Position numbers and translations under genes: made by a program
Origin: Malacoraja senta
Lineage: Eukaryota
NCBI GenBank assembly: GCA_038087875.1
Contig: CM075987.1
Coordinates: 21,392,001 to 21,452,000, forward strand
Length of the DNA: 60,000 nt
Reading direction: 5' to 3'
Notes under the pieces: generated by a model
Database searches by the model: none
The model's input: the letters and a program-made list of their open reading frames with translations, nothing else
Told to the model about the DNA's origin: nothing
Shown here: in pieces, positions 1 to 12,169 of the stretch
How positions within the stretch are numbered: the first letter of the stretch is position 1
Layout of the letters: the number at the start of each line of letters is the position of its first letter

Positions 1-1162
1 TTAGTTAATATTCTTGCCATCGGTTTATCATATAATAATTTCACCCATGTAATAAAATTCTCTCCCATATTAAATTTTTGTAATACTTTGTATAAATACT
101 GCCATTCTACCTGATCAAATGCTTTCTCTGCGTCCAAAGAAATAATTGATATGTCTTCTTCCTCCACTTTATGTGAGTACATTATATTAAACAGGCGTCT
201 CAAATTATTAAATTAATATCTTTTGGGTATAAACCCCGTTTGATCAGGGTTTATCAATTTACTAATATATTTGCTTAATCTTCTGGCTAAAGTCTTTGCT
301 AAAATTTTCTGATCTGTATTTAAAAGTGATATAGCTCTATATGAGCCCGGTTCCTCTAGATCTTTATCTTTCTTTGGAATTAGCGTGATAGTTGATTCTG
401 CTAATGTTTCAGGTAATTTATTTTCTTTAAAAGCGTGAGTATATAAATTAAATAAATAGGGAGTCGTTATCTCATGAATTTTTTAAATAAAATTCATTAC
501 TAAAACCATCTGGTCCCATTTTTCAACGATTTTATTGTTTCACCTATTTCTTCGATTGTAATTTGTGCTCCGAGTTCCTCTTGTTCCAAAAGGTCAAGTT
601 TTGGAAGATTACAATTATCTAAAAAAAAATTAATTTTACTATCTTCTGTTTTAGTTTTTGATGTATATAAATTTTGATAAAATTGAGCAAATCTTTTATT
701 AATATCTTTAGGTAGTATTAGTAATTCACTATTCTCGGATTTTATTTTATTTATAGTATTTTCTTTTTCTTGTTTTTTCAGTTGGTGCGCTAACAGCTTA
801 TGTGGTTTGTCACCAAACTCAATGTTCCTGTTTTGTAAATTGGAATAATCTTATTACTCTTGCCGAGAGAATTCGATTAAGTTTAAATTTCAGTAATATT
901 ATCTTATGTTTATCTATAGTGGAATCTTTAGCATTATCTAATTCTTAACTGTCTTATTTCTTGTTCTAACAACATTTGTTCTGTTTTATTCTTTTTATTT
1001 TGAAAAATTTCGTATGAAATTATAATTCCTCTAATAAATGCTTTAAAAGTTTCCCATAGTAAGGAAGATGAGGTACCTGGTGTATCATTTATCTCAAAAA
1101 ATAATTTCATTTGTTGTTTTAAGTATTGATAACCCTGTAAGTCATTTAAAATATATGTATTA

Positions 1163-2219
1163 AGAGTAGGAGTAAACGGGTCCTTTTCACAATGGCAGGC
1201 AGTGACTAGTGGGGTACCGCAAGGCTCAGTGCTGGGACCCCAGCTATTTACAATATATATTAATGATCTGGATGAGGGAATTAAAGGCAATATCTCCAAG
1301 TTTGCAGATGACACTAAGCTGGGGGGCAGTGTTAGCTGTGAGGAGGATGCTAGGAGACTGCAAGGTGACTTGGATAGGCTGGGTGAGTGGGCAAATGTTT
1401 GGCAGATGCAGTATAATGTGGATAAATGTGAGGTTATCCATTTTGGTGGCAAAAACAGGAAAGCAGACTATTATCTAAATGGTGGCCGACTAGGAAAAGG
1501 GGAGATGCAGCGAGACCTGGGTGTCATGGTACACCAGTCATTGAAAGTAGGCATGCAGATGCAGCAGGCAGTGAAGAAAGCGAATGGTATGTTAGCTTTC
1601 ATAGCAAAAGGATTTGAGTATAGGAGCAGGGAGGTTCTACTGCAGTTGTACAGGGTCTTGGTGAGACCACACCTGGAGTATTGCGTACAGTTTTGGTCTC
1701 CAAATCTGAGGAAGGACATTATTGCCATAGAGGGAGTGCAGAGAAGGTTCACCAGACTGATTCTTGGGATGTCAGGACTGTCTTATGAAGAAAGACTGGA
1801 TAGACTTGGTTTATACTCTCTAGAATTTAGGAGATTGAGAGGGGATCTTATAGAAACTTACAAAATTCTTAAGGGGTTGGACAGGCTAGATGCAGGAAGA
1901 TTGCTCCCGATGTTGGGGAAGTCCAGGACAAGGGGTCACAGCTTAAGGATAAGGGGGAAATCCTTTAAAACCGAGATGAGAAGAACTTTTTTCACACAGA
2001 GTGGTGAATCTCTGGAACTCTCTGCCACAGAGGGTAGTCGAGGCCAGTTCATTGGCTATATTTAAGGGAGTTAGATGTGGCCCTTGTGGCTAAAGGGAGA
2101 GAAGGTAGGTACGGGATACTGAGTTGGATGATCAACCATGATCATATTGAATGGCGGTGCAGGCTCGAAGGGCCGAATGGCCTACTCCTGCACCTAATTT
2201 CTATGTTTCTATGTTTCTA
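1163..2219 (+). mobile_element. 5'-truncated CR1 LINE inserted in L1 ORF2
   Basis: ORF 1202-2065 has GVPQGSVLGP, KFADDTKL and RPHLEYCVQFWSP; ends in a (TTTCTATG)n tail. Confidence 0.95.
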
Positions 2220-4160
2220 ATATTATATCTATAATTTTATCAAAAAATTGAGGGTTATCAAAATTCGGAGCGTAAATATTTATTATAGTTATTGGGGTAG
2301 CATAAATTTCTCCCTAAACTATGATATACCTTCCTTCTTTATCTGATATAGTATTCTTTAATTTGAAAGGTATACCTTTTCGAATAAGAATAGCCGTACC
2401 TCTAGATTTAGAAGTAAATGACGAATAATATGTTTGGCCTATCCACTTCGCCTTTAATCTCATTTGTGTTTGCTGTTTCATGTGTGTTTCTTGCAAGTAA
2501 ATTATGTCGCTTTTCAAAGATTTTAGGTGAGCAAAATGTTTACCCCTCTTTATTGGTTCATTGGCACCCCTTATATTCCAACTACAGAATGTGATTCCTC
2601 CATTCTTTATTTGTCTATCGTCTTGCATTGTATATCAAAGTACTATTCTTGAATCATATGGTGCAAACAAATTCCTCCGAATTCTGGGCGTTGGGTGGTC
2701 ATTCCAAGTTTTTAAGTTTATATTACATCTCCTTCTCCAAAAGCACCTTAGATAAAGCAAGAAAAATTGTGATTTAAAATTGATTACACAAAAACGAAGC
2801 AAATACAAATTTATATAGTGATTTAAAAAAAAAAGTGAAGTTAAGGTATCTAAGAAAAGATACCTTAAAGACAAATAGCCACCTAAGGTGGTGAAAAATT
2901 TATAGACTTCCTTGATGTTGTTTTACATTGAACTCCAATCCCTTATTAACACCTCATATATAAATCCCTTATTAACACTCTCATAAAAAAAACTACAGAC
3001 CATCTCATATCTTGTTTATTCTTATTTAAATTTATCAAAGTAGCACTAGTAAAAAGCAAAAAGACTCGGAGAAAAAATATAAAAAAGTAAAAAAAGTAAT
3101 AAAAAAACAAATATAAAACACAACATATTCTCAGTTCTATAAGTATTTATACCGTTCCAATTTATCTAACCAACTACCATACAAGCAGGTACCGAGGGGT
3201 TAACCTCATTTCTGGATCTTTTCCAAGTTTATGTTGCGTTCCCACACAAGAAAAATACGTTAGTAATGTTATAGACATTTTGGTTAATTACTATTTATAA
3301 GCAATGGTTTATTCATGATTTGTTCATATTTACTACATACACTCACAAATCATTAGTATTATTAAATTTGTTAAATTAGTTGGTTAATTATAATTAGAAT
3401 ATAATAGTTAGATATTAATATTATCTCGTCCATGTCCCTTATACAGTATCTTCAACATCCTTTTGTTTTTCTTTGAGCTTTTCATTCAAGGTGAAACATG
3501 GACAATGTTCTCAAATACACATTCCAGACAGATAAGCTCGGTAACTGTCTGGAAAATCCACCATCTTAACCAGTTCCAACTCTATCTTAAAAGTTAAGAA
3601 ATTCACTGTTCCTCCTCTTCGACCTCTTCTTCCGATGTTTTCGATGCTTTTCTCACGATATCTTCTGCGTACTTAAATGCTTTTTCGGGATCCATAAATG
3701 AGCGCTCAGTTCCGTTATAAGTGATTTTCATTTTTGCTGGGAAAACCACCCCATATCTGACCTTGGATATACCCCTCAATATGTTTCTTGTCTGTGTAAA
3801 GAAGTTCCTTCTCTGGACGACCTCCGGAGGATAATCACGGAAAAATCGAATATTATCCTCACCATATATCAAATTCACCCCATGAACAATCTTATTCAGT
3901 ATAAATTCCACTGTAGAGATATCGAGAAATTTCACAATTATCTGTCTTGGAGCAGCATTTATGCCTCTTGAGACACGTCCAACTCGGTGAACAATATCTA
4001 TTCTTAATTCTTCCGGCAGTTTAAAAACATCTTTGAGTAAGTCAGCAACGAAAGTACGTGTTTGAGATACATGTCCTTCTCGCCCTTCTCTTACTCCAAC
4101 AATTCTCAAATTCTGCCTTCTCGATCTCGCTTCCAAGTCCAAACATTTGTCAGTCATCAT

Positions 4161-5797
4161 TATTATTTATTTATTTATTTATTTATTCCGAACAAGTAAA
4201 GACATTAAAGACATTAATATTAACAAAATCGAAATTATCAAACAATTGGACATTACAATCAATATTTACAAAGCAATGAGAAGAACAAAATCAAAGTTCC
4301 AATGTCCAACTCTGTGTCTGTACAAGCTCGAAAAGGAGTGAGAAGAAGAATAACTTATTAAATCTCACACCTTTTCCCCAACACTTCTATCATATTTAAA
4401 AATCAATTCATTACTAATAATAATACTATAGGTATGTTACAAAACTTACCTTCAGTCGCGCTGTAATTCTGCCACTGGCCGTGTGCGCGATTTTGGCGCC
4501 TTTAAGGGGGGGGGGCGGGGTTAAAACGCGGTTTCTCCTCCCTTGTCCTGGAAATATTTTGTTGGAGTACAAAACTTCGCTGACAAAATCGTTCCTACCC
4601 GCGTTTTGTGATTTTTTTATTTTTATTAAATCGTCAATGTCAGCGCTACAGTCATTTTAAAATCAGCTCCTGAAGCGTCAACGCCAATAACGGGGACGGA
4701 TTTCACACAATGGACAGGTAAACGAAAGTGCTTTCTTTAAATGTATAAAAGTGCTTCTTAAGAAGCCTTTAATTCACATTTTGTCATGCGACACGGTGAT
4801 TTTATTCCCCGAATTAACGGCAGTATTTTTCATGCCAATACGGGGTTAAATTCACCGCAAATGAACATTCCAAAAGACCGCGTTCCAGAAATTCTCACTC
4901 GCAAGATGAATTAAATCCCCATTAATTTACAGGTATTAAACATTCAATTCCTTCCATTTGGCCTGTAAATTCATGAAAATTAGATAAAAAAATTATGTTA
5001 TATTGTGAATTATTGTGTGAATGTTATTTGGACACTTAGGCTATTTAAAAATGTTAATCTATTCTTAAGAAATTGATAGATGTTTAGATCTAGTAATTGA
5101 ATTTTGTAATTAGCTACAATTAGGTAACTAACTAATTATATGCTTTACTTTCATGTCTTCGAAGTAAGATTGTTTCATATTTGTTTCAGAATGCTTCAAT
5201 CTATAATACCTGAAAATTTCTTTCAGTTACCATAATTTTTAAGAAAGTTATGGGCTTTTAACTGTCCTCGATCACAGCTTTTGTGTTAAGTCAATGGTAA
5301 AGCAATAGGGAACTAGATGCTAATTTCTGAGTATGATAATGGCCATAACTTTTTTAATACTGAAGATATGAAAGTGAATTAAGTGTCAAATTAAACTTCT
5401 TTTTATGCTTTATCTGATGGGATAAATTGCAGACTTTATTTTTTAAATCTCAAAATTTTGTAACATTGCTAAATACTACCCTAGGCAATTTCCCATAATA
5501 CCTACAGACATATATATACATACAACTATTATGTACATACAAACTTCATATCTGAAGTACCCAAACATAAGTAAACAATAGTAAAGCAAGATAAACATCA
5601 ACCCCCACTTGTCAACCATCCCCTCCATCCCTGTACCCCTTGAGAATTATTTTTTTATATATCATTTTAAAATGATTCATGTTTGTGCATTGCTTCAATT
5701 CCCCGTTCAATTTATTCCACACTCCTACTCCACAAACCGAAATACAAAAGGTTTTTCTAGTCGTACGGACTTTTTGTTTCTTACAAGTTTTTCTGCT
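4161..5797 (-). mobile_element. 3' fragment of an L2/Crack-like LINE inserted in L1 ORF1
   Basis: Minus strand ~5610-5766 reads RTTRKTFCISVCGVGVWNKLNGELKQCTNMNHFKMIYKKIIL, an ORF2 C-terminus pattern. (TAAA)n tail at ~4161-4187. TCAT duplicated at 4157-4160 and 5798-5801. Confidence 0.7.
4429..5471 (+). mobile_element. Non-autonomous TIR DNA transposon (~1.04 kb), copy 1
   Basis: Ends TAGGTATGTTACAA and TTGTAACATTGCTA; 7-bp TSD AATACTA at 4422-4428 and 5472-5478; inverted second copy at 49172-50206. Confidence 0.9.
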
Positions 5798-6309
5798 TCA
5801 TCTTTCTTTGGTTTTTTCAAACTATTTATTTCCGTAATCATCTCTTTCATATCATTTTCCATCTCTTCCATTCTCTCATCAATGTTGTCCATCTTAGCAT
5901 TTACACCAGTAAATTTCTTATTATAATCATTTTCGATTCTAACAAATTCTGATTAAAGTTTTTTATCAAACTCATTATGTTGCTTCTTCAGCTCCTTTAA
6001 CTCAGCACAAGCACCATCAATTTTATGAGAGAATATCTCCATATTAGTCTCCATATTCTGCATCTTAGTCTCCATACTCTGCATCTTTTCCAGTGTTGTA
6101 TTAATTGTAGCAGTTATGTCTAAAAGCATTTGCTTTACCTCCTCCTTCTTTTCTCCTTTTGCAGCCATTTCCAGCACAGCTCCTTGGCTGTAAGACTTCT
6201 TCTGAGCCTTCTTCTGTTGTTTGCAGAGTATCCAAAACTTTTTCAAGCTGGAGACTTATAGTAGATTTCTTTGGTGCTCGTGAGCTTTTCTCTTTTCTCA
6301 TTTAAAAGT

Positions 6310-6932
6310 CCCGATTTTTACCGCGATTTTAGCTCGTTTTCTGATGATAGTATGAAAATATTGATCATGGATAGACAATAACACAAAATATAGATAATTT
6401 AGATGTTCTTATGACATGATTGTATAAAAATATGAATTTGATTATCTTGAGAGTGGATATTTGTGGATTATGATACAGAGATCGGATTGTGGCCGCTGCC
6501 ATGATTTTGCTCACAGTCACAGCCGGCAGGTAGGACACGGCCGATATCGGGGCCTAAATAACATATTTCGCATTATCAGATTAATATGAAATTACACCAA
6601 ACACCAGATAAGATGTTAAATAAACGTCCTACAGTACATACTTTTGGTTTTGTCCTGAACTTGCGATCCGTGATTTTGAAGGCGTTGAAGTTGGGCCTGA
6701 CTTTCATCCAGCGATTCAATAGTCAAGCAACGTTTTTGTTGTTTTTTTTAAAATCGCGAACGGAATGACAGAACAAAATTTCCTCATAGGCTTGTCGTAC
6801 GAAGAAATCCCTCCTTAACAACCAATAAAACCCTTCATTTTACTCACCCCCCACCACAGCCTCTCGAGTTGCACGCACAGGCAGGGGGCAGATCTCGAGC
6901 GCCACTGATGGCAGGAATTTGTAACGACGCTA
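6310..6932. mobile_element. One arm of a related TIR DNA transposon
   Basis: Ends TTGTAACGACGCTA (reverse complement TAGCGTCGTTACAA), the same TAGnnnnGTTACAA pattern; GC-rich subterminal region; left boundary approximate. Confidence 0.55.
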
Positions 6933-7566
6933 CACTAACATCTCAGACTGCTATACAACTTGAGGATTTCTCCATTTATCATATGGTCGGTACAGAATAT
7001 GATACAAGGAAAATGATGGTGGTGTCATTTTGAACATGCTTCATGGTACACTGATGTGACGGTCTTAGCTCAATTCTGCTCCCTTGACCTGTAATTGCTG
7101 TTCATAAGATGCCGTCCCTTTTATCTACCAAGGAAATTCATCTCTACCATCTTGTCTGCAGACTACATACCACCCCACCTTAAGGTGGCATCTGGCGAAT
7201 TATACTTTGTCTGTAGCTCTCTTGTTACAGCAAACTGATTCCTTATGCATCACCACTGGTAAATTTAATCATACCAGAAACGTACTTCCTGAATGTAATC
7301 AGCACCATATATCATTGGCAGCTGTACCTTCAGCTGCCTCAGTCTTTATCCCTGAATTTCTCTCTCTCCTTTCAGCTGCTGCTTTGAATTTCCTCATTGT
7401 CCAAACATTTTTCAAGTTGTCTTGAATCCTCCCATTGAATATGGTCAGTGTTGAATTTTGTTTAACATTTCTGTGAAGTTCCCTGGGATGTTTCATATAT
7501 GTTATGTGAAAAGTTTTTCTAGAACAATTTCCTTATATTCATTCTGTTCATCTCTGTTTTTAGCAG

Positions 7567-7677
7567 TTGGTCGAGGAATTGACTCCAGAACGCGCATTTC
7601 TGCTGCTTTCTCCCGAAGCCACTCAGATCGAAGGCTATGTTAAAATGTATGAGACAGTCCACAAAATTAAGGGCCAG
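7567..7677 (+). CDS. GLE1: GLE1 coding exon (human exon 3 equivalent), 111 nt
   Basis: tagcag|TTG...CAG|gtgag; LVEELTPERAFLLLSPEATQIEGYVKMYETVHKIKGQ resembles human VEGCVRMYELVHRMKG; alternative acceptor at 7564. Confidence 0.85.
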
Positions 7678-8039
7678 GTGAGACATGGAACATAAAAATA
7701 TTGTCTGTGTTTTGTTATGAAAGTTTGGGCAAGTACTGCGGTTTGTGGTCTGTTAGTACTGGGTATGCTGCTAGGCTATTTAAGTGGTCAATTTCTGGAC
7801 ACTTAGACTACCTATGAATATCAGACAAATAACATTTGAAAGAGGAAAAGGAGGAGGTCATATTGTCCGTTAAGACTTCCTATTTATTAATAAGATTCTA
7901 CCTGGTATTCCACCTCCACATTTAAAACTACAATGCTGAGAACTATATTCTGCACTCTGTATCTTCATCTTTGCTCTACTATTGTTTTTGAGTTTGAGCT
8001 GATTATATTTAGGTATAGCATCTGACCTGGAATTAATGT

Positions 8040-9070
8040 AATGCAGTAGGCATGGTCTTTAGCAAGGCTTTTGACTATGGCCCTGCATAGCAGGCTGATT
8101 CAGAAAATCAAGGCACATCAAATCCAAAATTTGCTTGTTGATAGGCACAGGGTAGTAGTCGAGGGTTGTTTCCCTGATTAATAACCGGTGGTCTACTGCA
8201 GGGATTGGTGCTGGGACCTTGTGTTTGGCGTGCACATGTCTGGGTTTTGATAGATACGTTTGCTGAACCACTAAGATAGGTGGAATTATGGATAGTGAGG
8301 ATGGTTGCCTAAGGTTACAGAGGGCAATGGATTAGCTGTAACGTTGGATGGAGTGACGGCAGATGTAATTTAATTTAGACAAGTATAAGGTAATGTATTT
8401 TGGGTCATCTAATACTGGCAGGATATGTACTGTTTATGGCAGGGAGTTTGGAACCATTGATGTACAAGGGGTTCTGTGGATGCAAGTTCATAACTCCTTG
8501 AAAGTGCTGTCATGTGGAGAGAACCATGTAGCTTGTTTGTCTTCACAGGCATGGGTATTGAGTGCAAGAGCTGGGACCTCAAATTGCAATTGTATAAGAT
8601 ATTTGTTAGGTTACACTTGGAAAATTATGCACTGTTCTAGTCACCATGCTTTAGAAAGGATATGGTAGTCAGAATGAGTGCAGAATTGAGTCACCAGGGT
8701 AGTTACAAGGAGAGGTTGGGTGGAATAGAATTGTTGTTAAAATTGAAGGGCATAGATGGTCAGTCCTTTTCCAAAGATAGGGAGCTCTAAAACTAGACGT
8801 CATGGGTTTTGGCGAGGGTGATGGGTGGGGGGGTGAGAGTGTCAAGTTTTCCACAAGGGTTGGTGAGCATATGTAACAAGCTGCCAGAAGAAGTGGTAGA
8901 GGCAGGTACAATTACAGCATTTAAAATATGTTTGTACAAGTGCATGATTAGGAAAGGAATTTAGGAATATGGTTCAAATGCAGGAAAATGGATTAATGTA
9001 GATGGACATATTGGTTGGCATGGGTGAGATTGGTTGAAGGGCCTGGTTCTGTGCTGTGCAACTCTGTGAC
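8040..9070 (+). mobile_element. Old degenerate CR1 fragment
   Basis: Remnants of FSKAFD and W-M-FN-DK motifs and a CR1 3' end (gggcctggttctgtgctgtgcaactct); boundaries approximate. Confidence 0.75.
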
Positions 9071-9169
9071 TCCAAAATTTTTGAGGATTCTCTTCAAATA
9101 TTGTGCCAAGGTCTTCCAGTGAAAGATACTGGGGTGGGTGGACGCAAAACATGGAGTGGCAGAGATGTG

Positions 9170-9530
9170 CAGAACAAGAACGGCACTTTCTGCCCACCAT
9201 ATCCATGCTGGCCCATTTTTCCCATTCAAAGTATCACATTTGCCTACTTTAGGCCAATAGCTATGCCTTGCCTATTCAAGTGTCTGTCAAAACATCTCTT
9301 AATCTGATTCCACTTCTTATTTTGGCAGCACGATCCAGATATCAACCACTCTGTATGTAACAGAATTCCTCTCAAATCCCCTTTAAAACTCCTTCCTTTC
9401 ACTCTAATCCTATGTCCTCTTGTTATTAATTCCCCTACTATAGGAAAAAGATTCTGATAATCCACCCTATCTATGCCTCTTAGAAATTTATATCCATCTT
9501 ATCAAATCATCCTTTCTGCTTTCTCCTAAA
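9170..9530 (-). mobile_element. Degenerate CR1 3' fragment
   Basis: Minus ORF 9244-9465 has TRGHRIRVKGRSFKGDLRG. Confidence 0.7.
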
Positions 9531-9989
9531 CCATTTCTCTATTCTCTGCTTCATAATGTTTTGATTTATAAACTGGGTGGAAGCATGTTCATGAGGGCCA
9601 TTGTTGTAACCTGTTTGATAATTACTTCACGTCTTCCTAGTCATTGATGCTCTGAATACCATTCCAAATGTATCTCGGTGCTCTGGCAACAAATTCAACC
9701 CATTCCTGCAAGTCTCATAAAAGATTATAACTAAGTTTGCTAACTGTAGAGCTGAGAGCTAGAATAATTTACGGTCTTGGTAAATGAACTGATTTCCTCA
9801 ATTTGTCTGCCAAATTTTGTGTGCTTTTATTTTCTCATAATCTACATTTGTCTTTAAGATGGCTAGTTAGTTATAAGCATAGCTGGAAAATGCTTTTTAA
9901 TTCCCCTTGAAGGAAGTCAGTGTATGGCTGAATTGTTGATACCATCACAAAGTGATCTATGACTTTTTATTGTCTGAGTATTTTTAAAT

Positions 9990-10348
9990 GACATTGGATA
10001 GGAGAAGATCATGGTATACTCTCCTCTGTCCATCGGGCATGATGCACAGAAGTTTGAAAACTCATAACTCCAGATTCGGGAACAGATTCTACCCAGCTGT
10101 TATCAGGCAACTGAACCATCCACTCATTGGCTCGAGTGCAGTCCTGAGACTGGAGACCTTTGAACTATCTTTAATCGAACTTTATCGGACATCAGTATTA
10201 TATCTTTGCACTAAATGCTGTACTCGCCCTTTATCTATACACTGCAGATGTCTTGATTGTATTTATGTATAGTATTTGACTGGATAGCACACAAATAAAA
10301 TCCTCTCCACTATCTCTGTACACATGACAATAATAAACTAAACTAAAT
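9990..10348 (+). mobile_element. Rex1/Babar-like LINE 3' end
   Basis: LCPSG..RSLKT..SRF.N.FYP.VIR.LN motif and tail cacatgacaataataaactaaactaaa. Confidence 0.6.
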
Positions 10349-11258
10349 CTGTCACTGAGGCTTCAAACAGTCAGCTATCTATGTTTAGAATGAATGCCTA
10401 GCTGAATGAATTATTATCTGGCTACTCACTTTTGTCTCAAGAGCCTCCAAGGCAAATTGCCCCATTGAAACTTTGCATAAATGGTTGAAATCAGTTTCTT
10501 CAAACCGTTCTAGTTTATGTCACTTGTGCTGCACCATTGAAAGGGATGAGGCATCCCTAACTATCTAATGTCTTGTGTCACTGCTTAATGTGTTGAATGT
10601 ATTGCAAAAGGCCAGTCAGCAAAATGGATTTGCTGGCATTTGCGCTCAACTTGAACAGTGTGTAAATAATGAAAAAATTACTTGTTGCTTTAATAAAACA
10701 GAACTTTTAAATGGTAACAGTGTGGGGTCATTCTACCCCTGCTCAAAACAGGAGAGGTGCTTGGATTTGGATATCATTTGGATATGTGTGCCCCTCACAT
10801 GATCATCATTTGGATATGTGTGTCCCACATTTCCATGAAGCTATATTACTGCATGGGTCAAAAGGATTTCATTTTCTCAGTTGTGTACAGTAATAATTAC
10901 ATTGTCAAATGTTTTAGTAGGGGTGGTGAGGATTAATCTGATGGCACAATAAAATGGAGCATAATTCAATTTAAAAAAAAACGTTTGTAATAAAAATAGG
11001 GATGGATCCAGTTTTAGATATTGATATTAATTATTTAAAATTGAGATTACGTGTGCAGTACTAATGAATCGACTAACACTTCCTCTCTCAACCAAAAGCA
11101 GGTTAAATCAGTCGTTAATCATCATTTTTTCTGTTTATGGAATTTTAATTGTGCATTCAGCTAATGCCTTTCCTTGGTGATAAAAGTGACTACTTCAGTA
11201 GTATTCCATGAACCCTGAAGGATTTGATAACATGGAATTTAATTTTATCTCTCCTCAG

Positions 11259-11407
11259 GCTGAACTGAAGCATCGCCAGGAACTTCAACAGAAAATTGTT
11301 CATGATCTCTCGACATCATCCACTGAACAAATGAAACGATTTGAAGAATCCCTGGAGCTTAAGCAACGGCAGGAATATGAGGAGATGCGTGACATGATGG
11401 AGAAAGG
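11259..11407 (+). CDS. GLE1: GLE1 coding exon (exon 4 equivalent), 149 nt
   Basis: cag|GCT...GG|gtaag; AELKHRQELQQKIVHDLSTSSTEQMKRFEESLELKQRQEYEEMRDMMEK. Confidence 0.93.
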
Positions 11408-11830
11408 GTAAGAAAATTGAAGGGTATGGGATATGCTTTTCTGTCGCTTCAGCCAAATAGCTAAACTGGTCACTCTTCATAAACCTCAATAATTAACCAC
11501 ACATTTAATGAATGAAAATAACCCTAGGGTGACTTATACTGATGTGTTTACCCTAACCCCTCACTGGATTTATTAATTCTCTTGTGCTGAAGATATAATT
11601 GTAGTTTAGAGATGAACTGTTAACGAATCACAAGTCAGCTGGTACCTATTTTTCTTCCTCTTAATACCACTCTGTATAAATTGCACAGGTTTAACAGAAC
11701 CAAATTGTTGTTTCACCCCAGTCTCCTGACGCAAAATCTAAGATGTTTGCTGTATATAACAGAGGGTGTATTGTACCATCATGGATACAGCATTAAACGA
11801 AAGCTCTTTCTGACACCGCCACTGATGTGC

Positions 11831-11935
11831 AGACACAAGGAACTGCACGAAAGGTTCTGACCCAAAATAATGCGTATCCATGTTCTTCGCAGATGCTGCC
11901 TGACCCATTGGGTTCCTGCAGTGCCATGTGTCTTA
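11831..11935. mobile_element. Short degenerate Penelope-terminus insertion
   Basis: gacacaaggaactgca...cagatgctgcctgaccc...tgtgtc, flanked by a tgatgtgca repeat. Confidence 0.55.
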
Positions 11936-12169
11936 ATTGATGTGCAATACTGTTTCAAAGATGCAAGCAGACGTTTGTCCTATTGCCCTGATCATTCATT
12001 TGTTTCTCATTCAAAGTTCTGAAATGAGAACATTATGTTAAAAATGTTAGAAATTTATTGCAGAAAAAGTCTGGCCCTTCTGTTCAATGTCAGGAATAAA
12101 AATGATTTTATTTTTGGTTAATCCTGTGTCCCAGTTGTGGTTTGTAATTTTAAAGGGCATGACACCAAG

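Larger units (their letters stand above)
1..6301 (-). mobile_element. Decayed L1-clade LINE (ORF1 plus 5' part of ORF2), interrupted by nested insertions and continuing left of the window
   Basis: ORF1 coiled-coil part ~5798-6301; ORF1 C-terminal part 3603-4160 (LEARSRRQNLRIVGVRE). ORF2 endonuclease at 2220-2628 (SWNIRG, IIYLQETH, NIYAPN). ORF2 LWETFKAFIRG and RT motifs (GPDGF, YRAISLLN, DQTGFI, SLDAEKAFD) at 1-1162. Contains stops and frameshifts. Confidence 0.9.

Noticed and set aside
934..2065. 287-aa RT ORF and its antisense ORFs as genes
   Set aside because: Truncated CR1 ORF2; the 172-aa minus ORF is a chimera of CR1 antisense and L1 sequence
3603..4160. 185-aa ORF as a domesticated L1TD1-like gene
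   Set aside because: It is the C-terminal half of L1 ORF1, cut off by an insertion, in its normal position upstream of ORF2
5953..6301. Coiled-coil ORFs as an antisense gene or GLE1 exon
   Set aside because: Wrong strand for GLE1, broken by a frameshift and stop, and they join L1 ORF1
7207..7496. Short ORFs as a further upstream GLE1 exon
   Set aside because: No recognisable GLE1 similarity and no convincing splice-site pair
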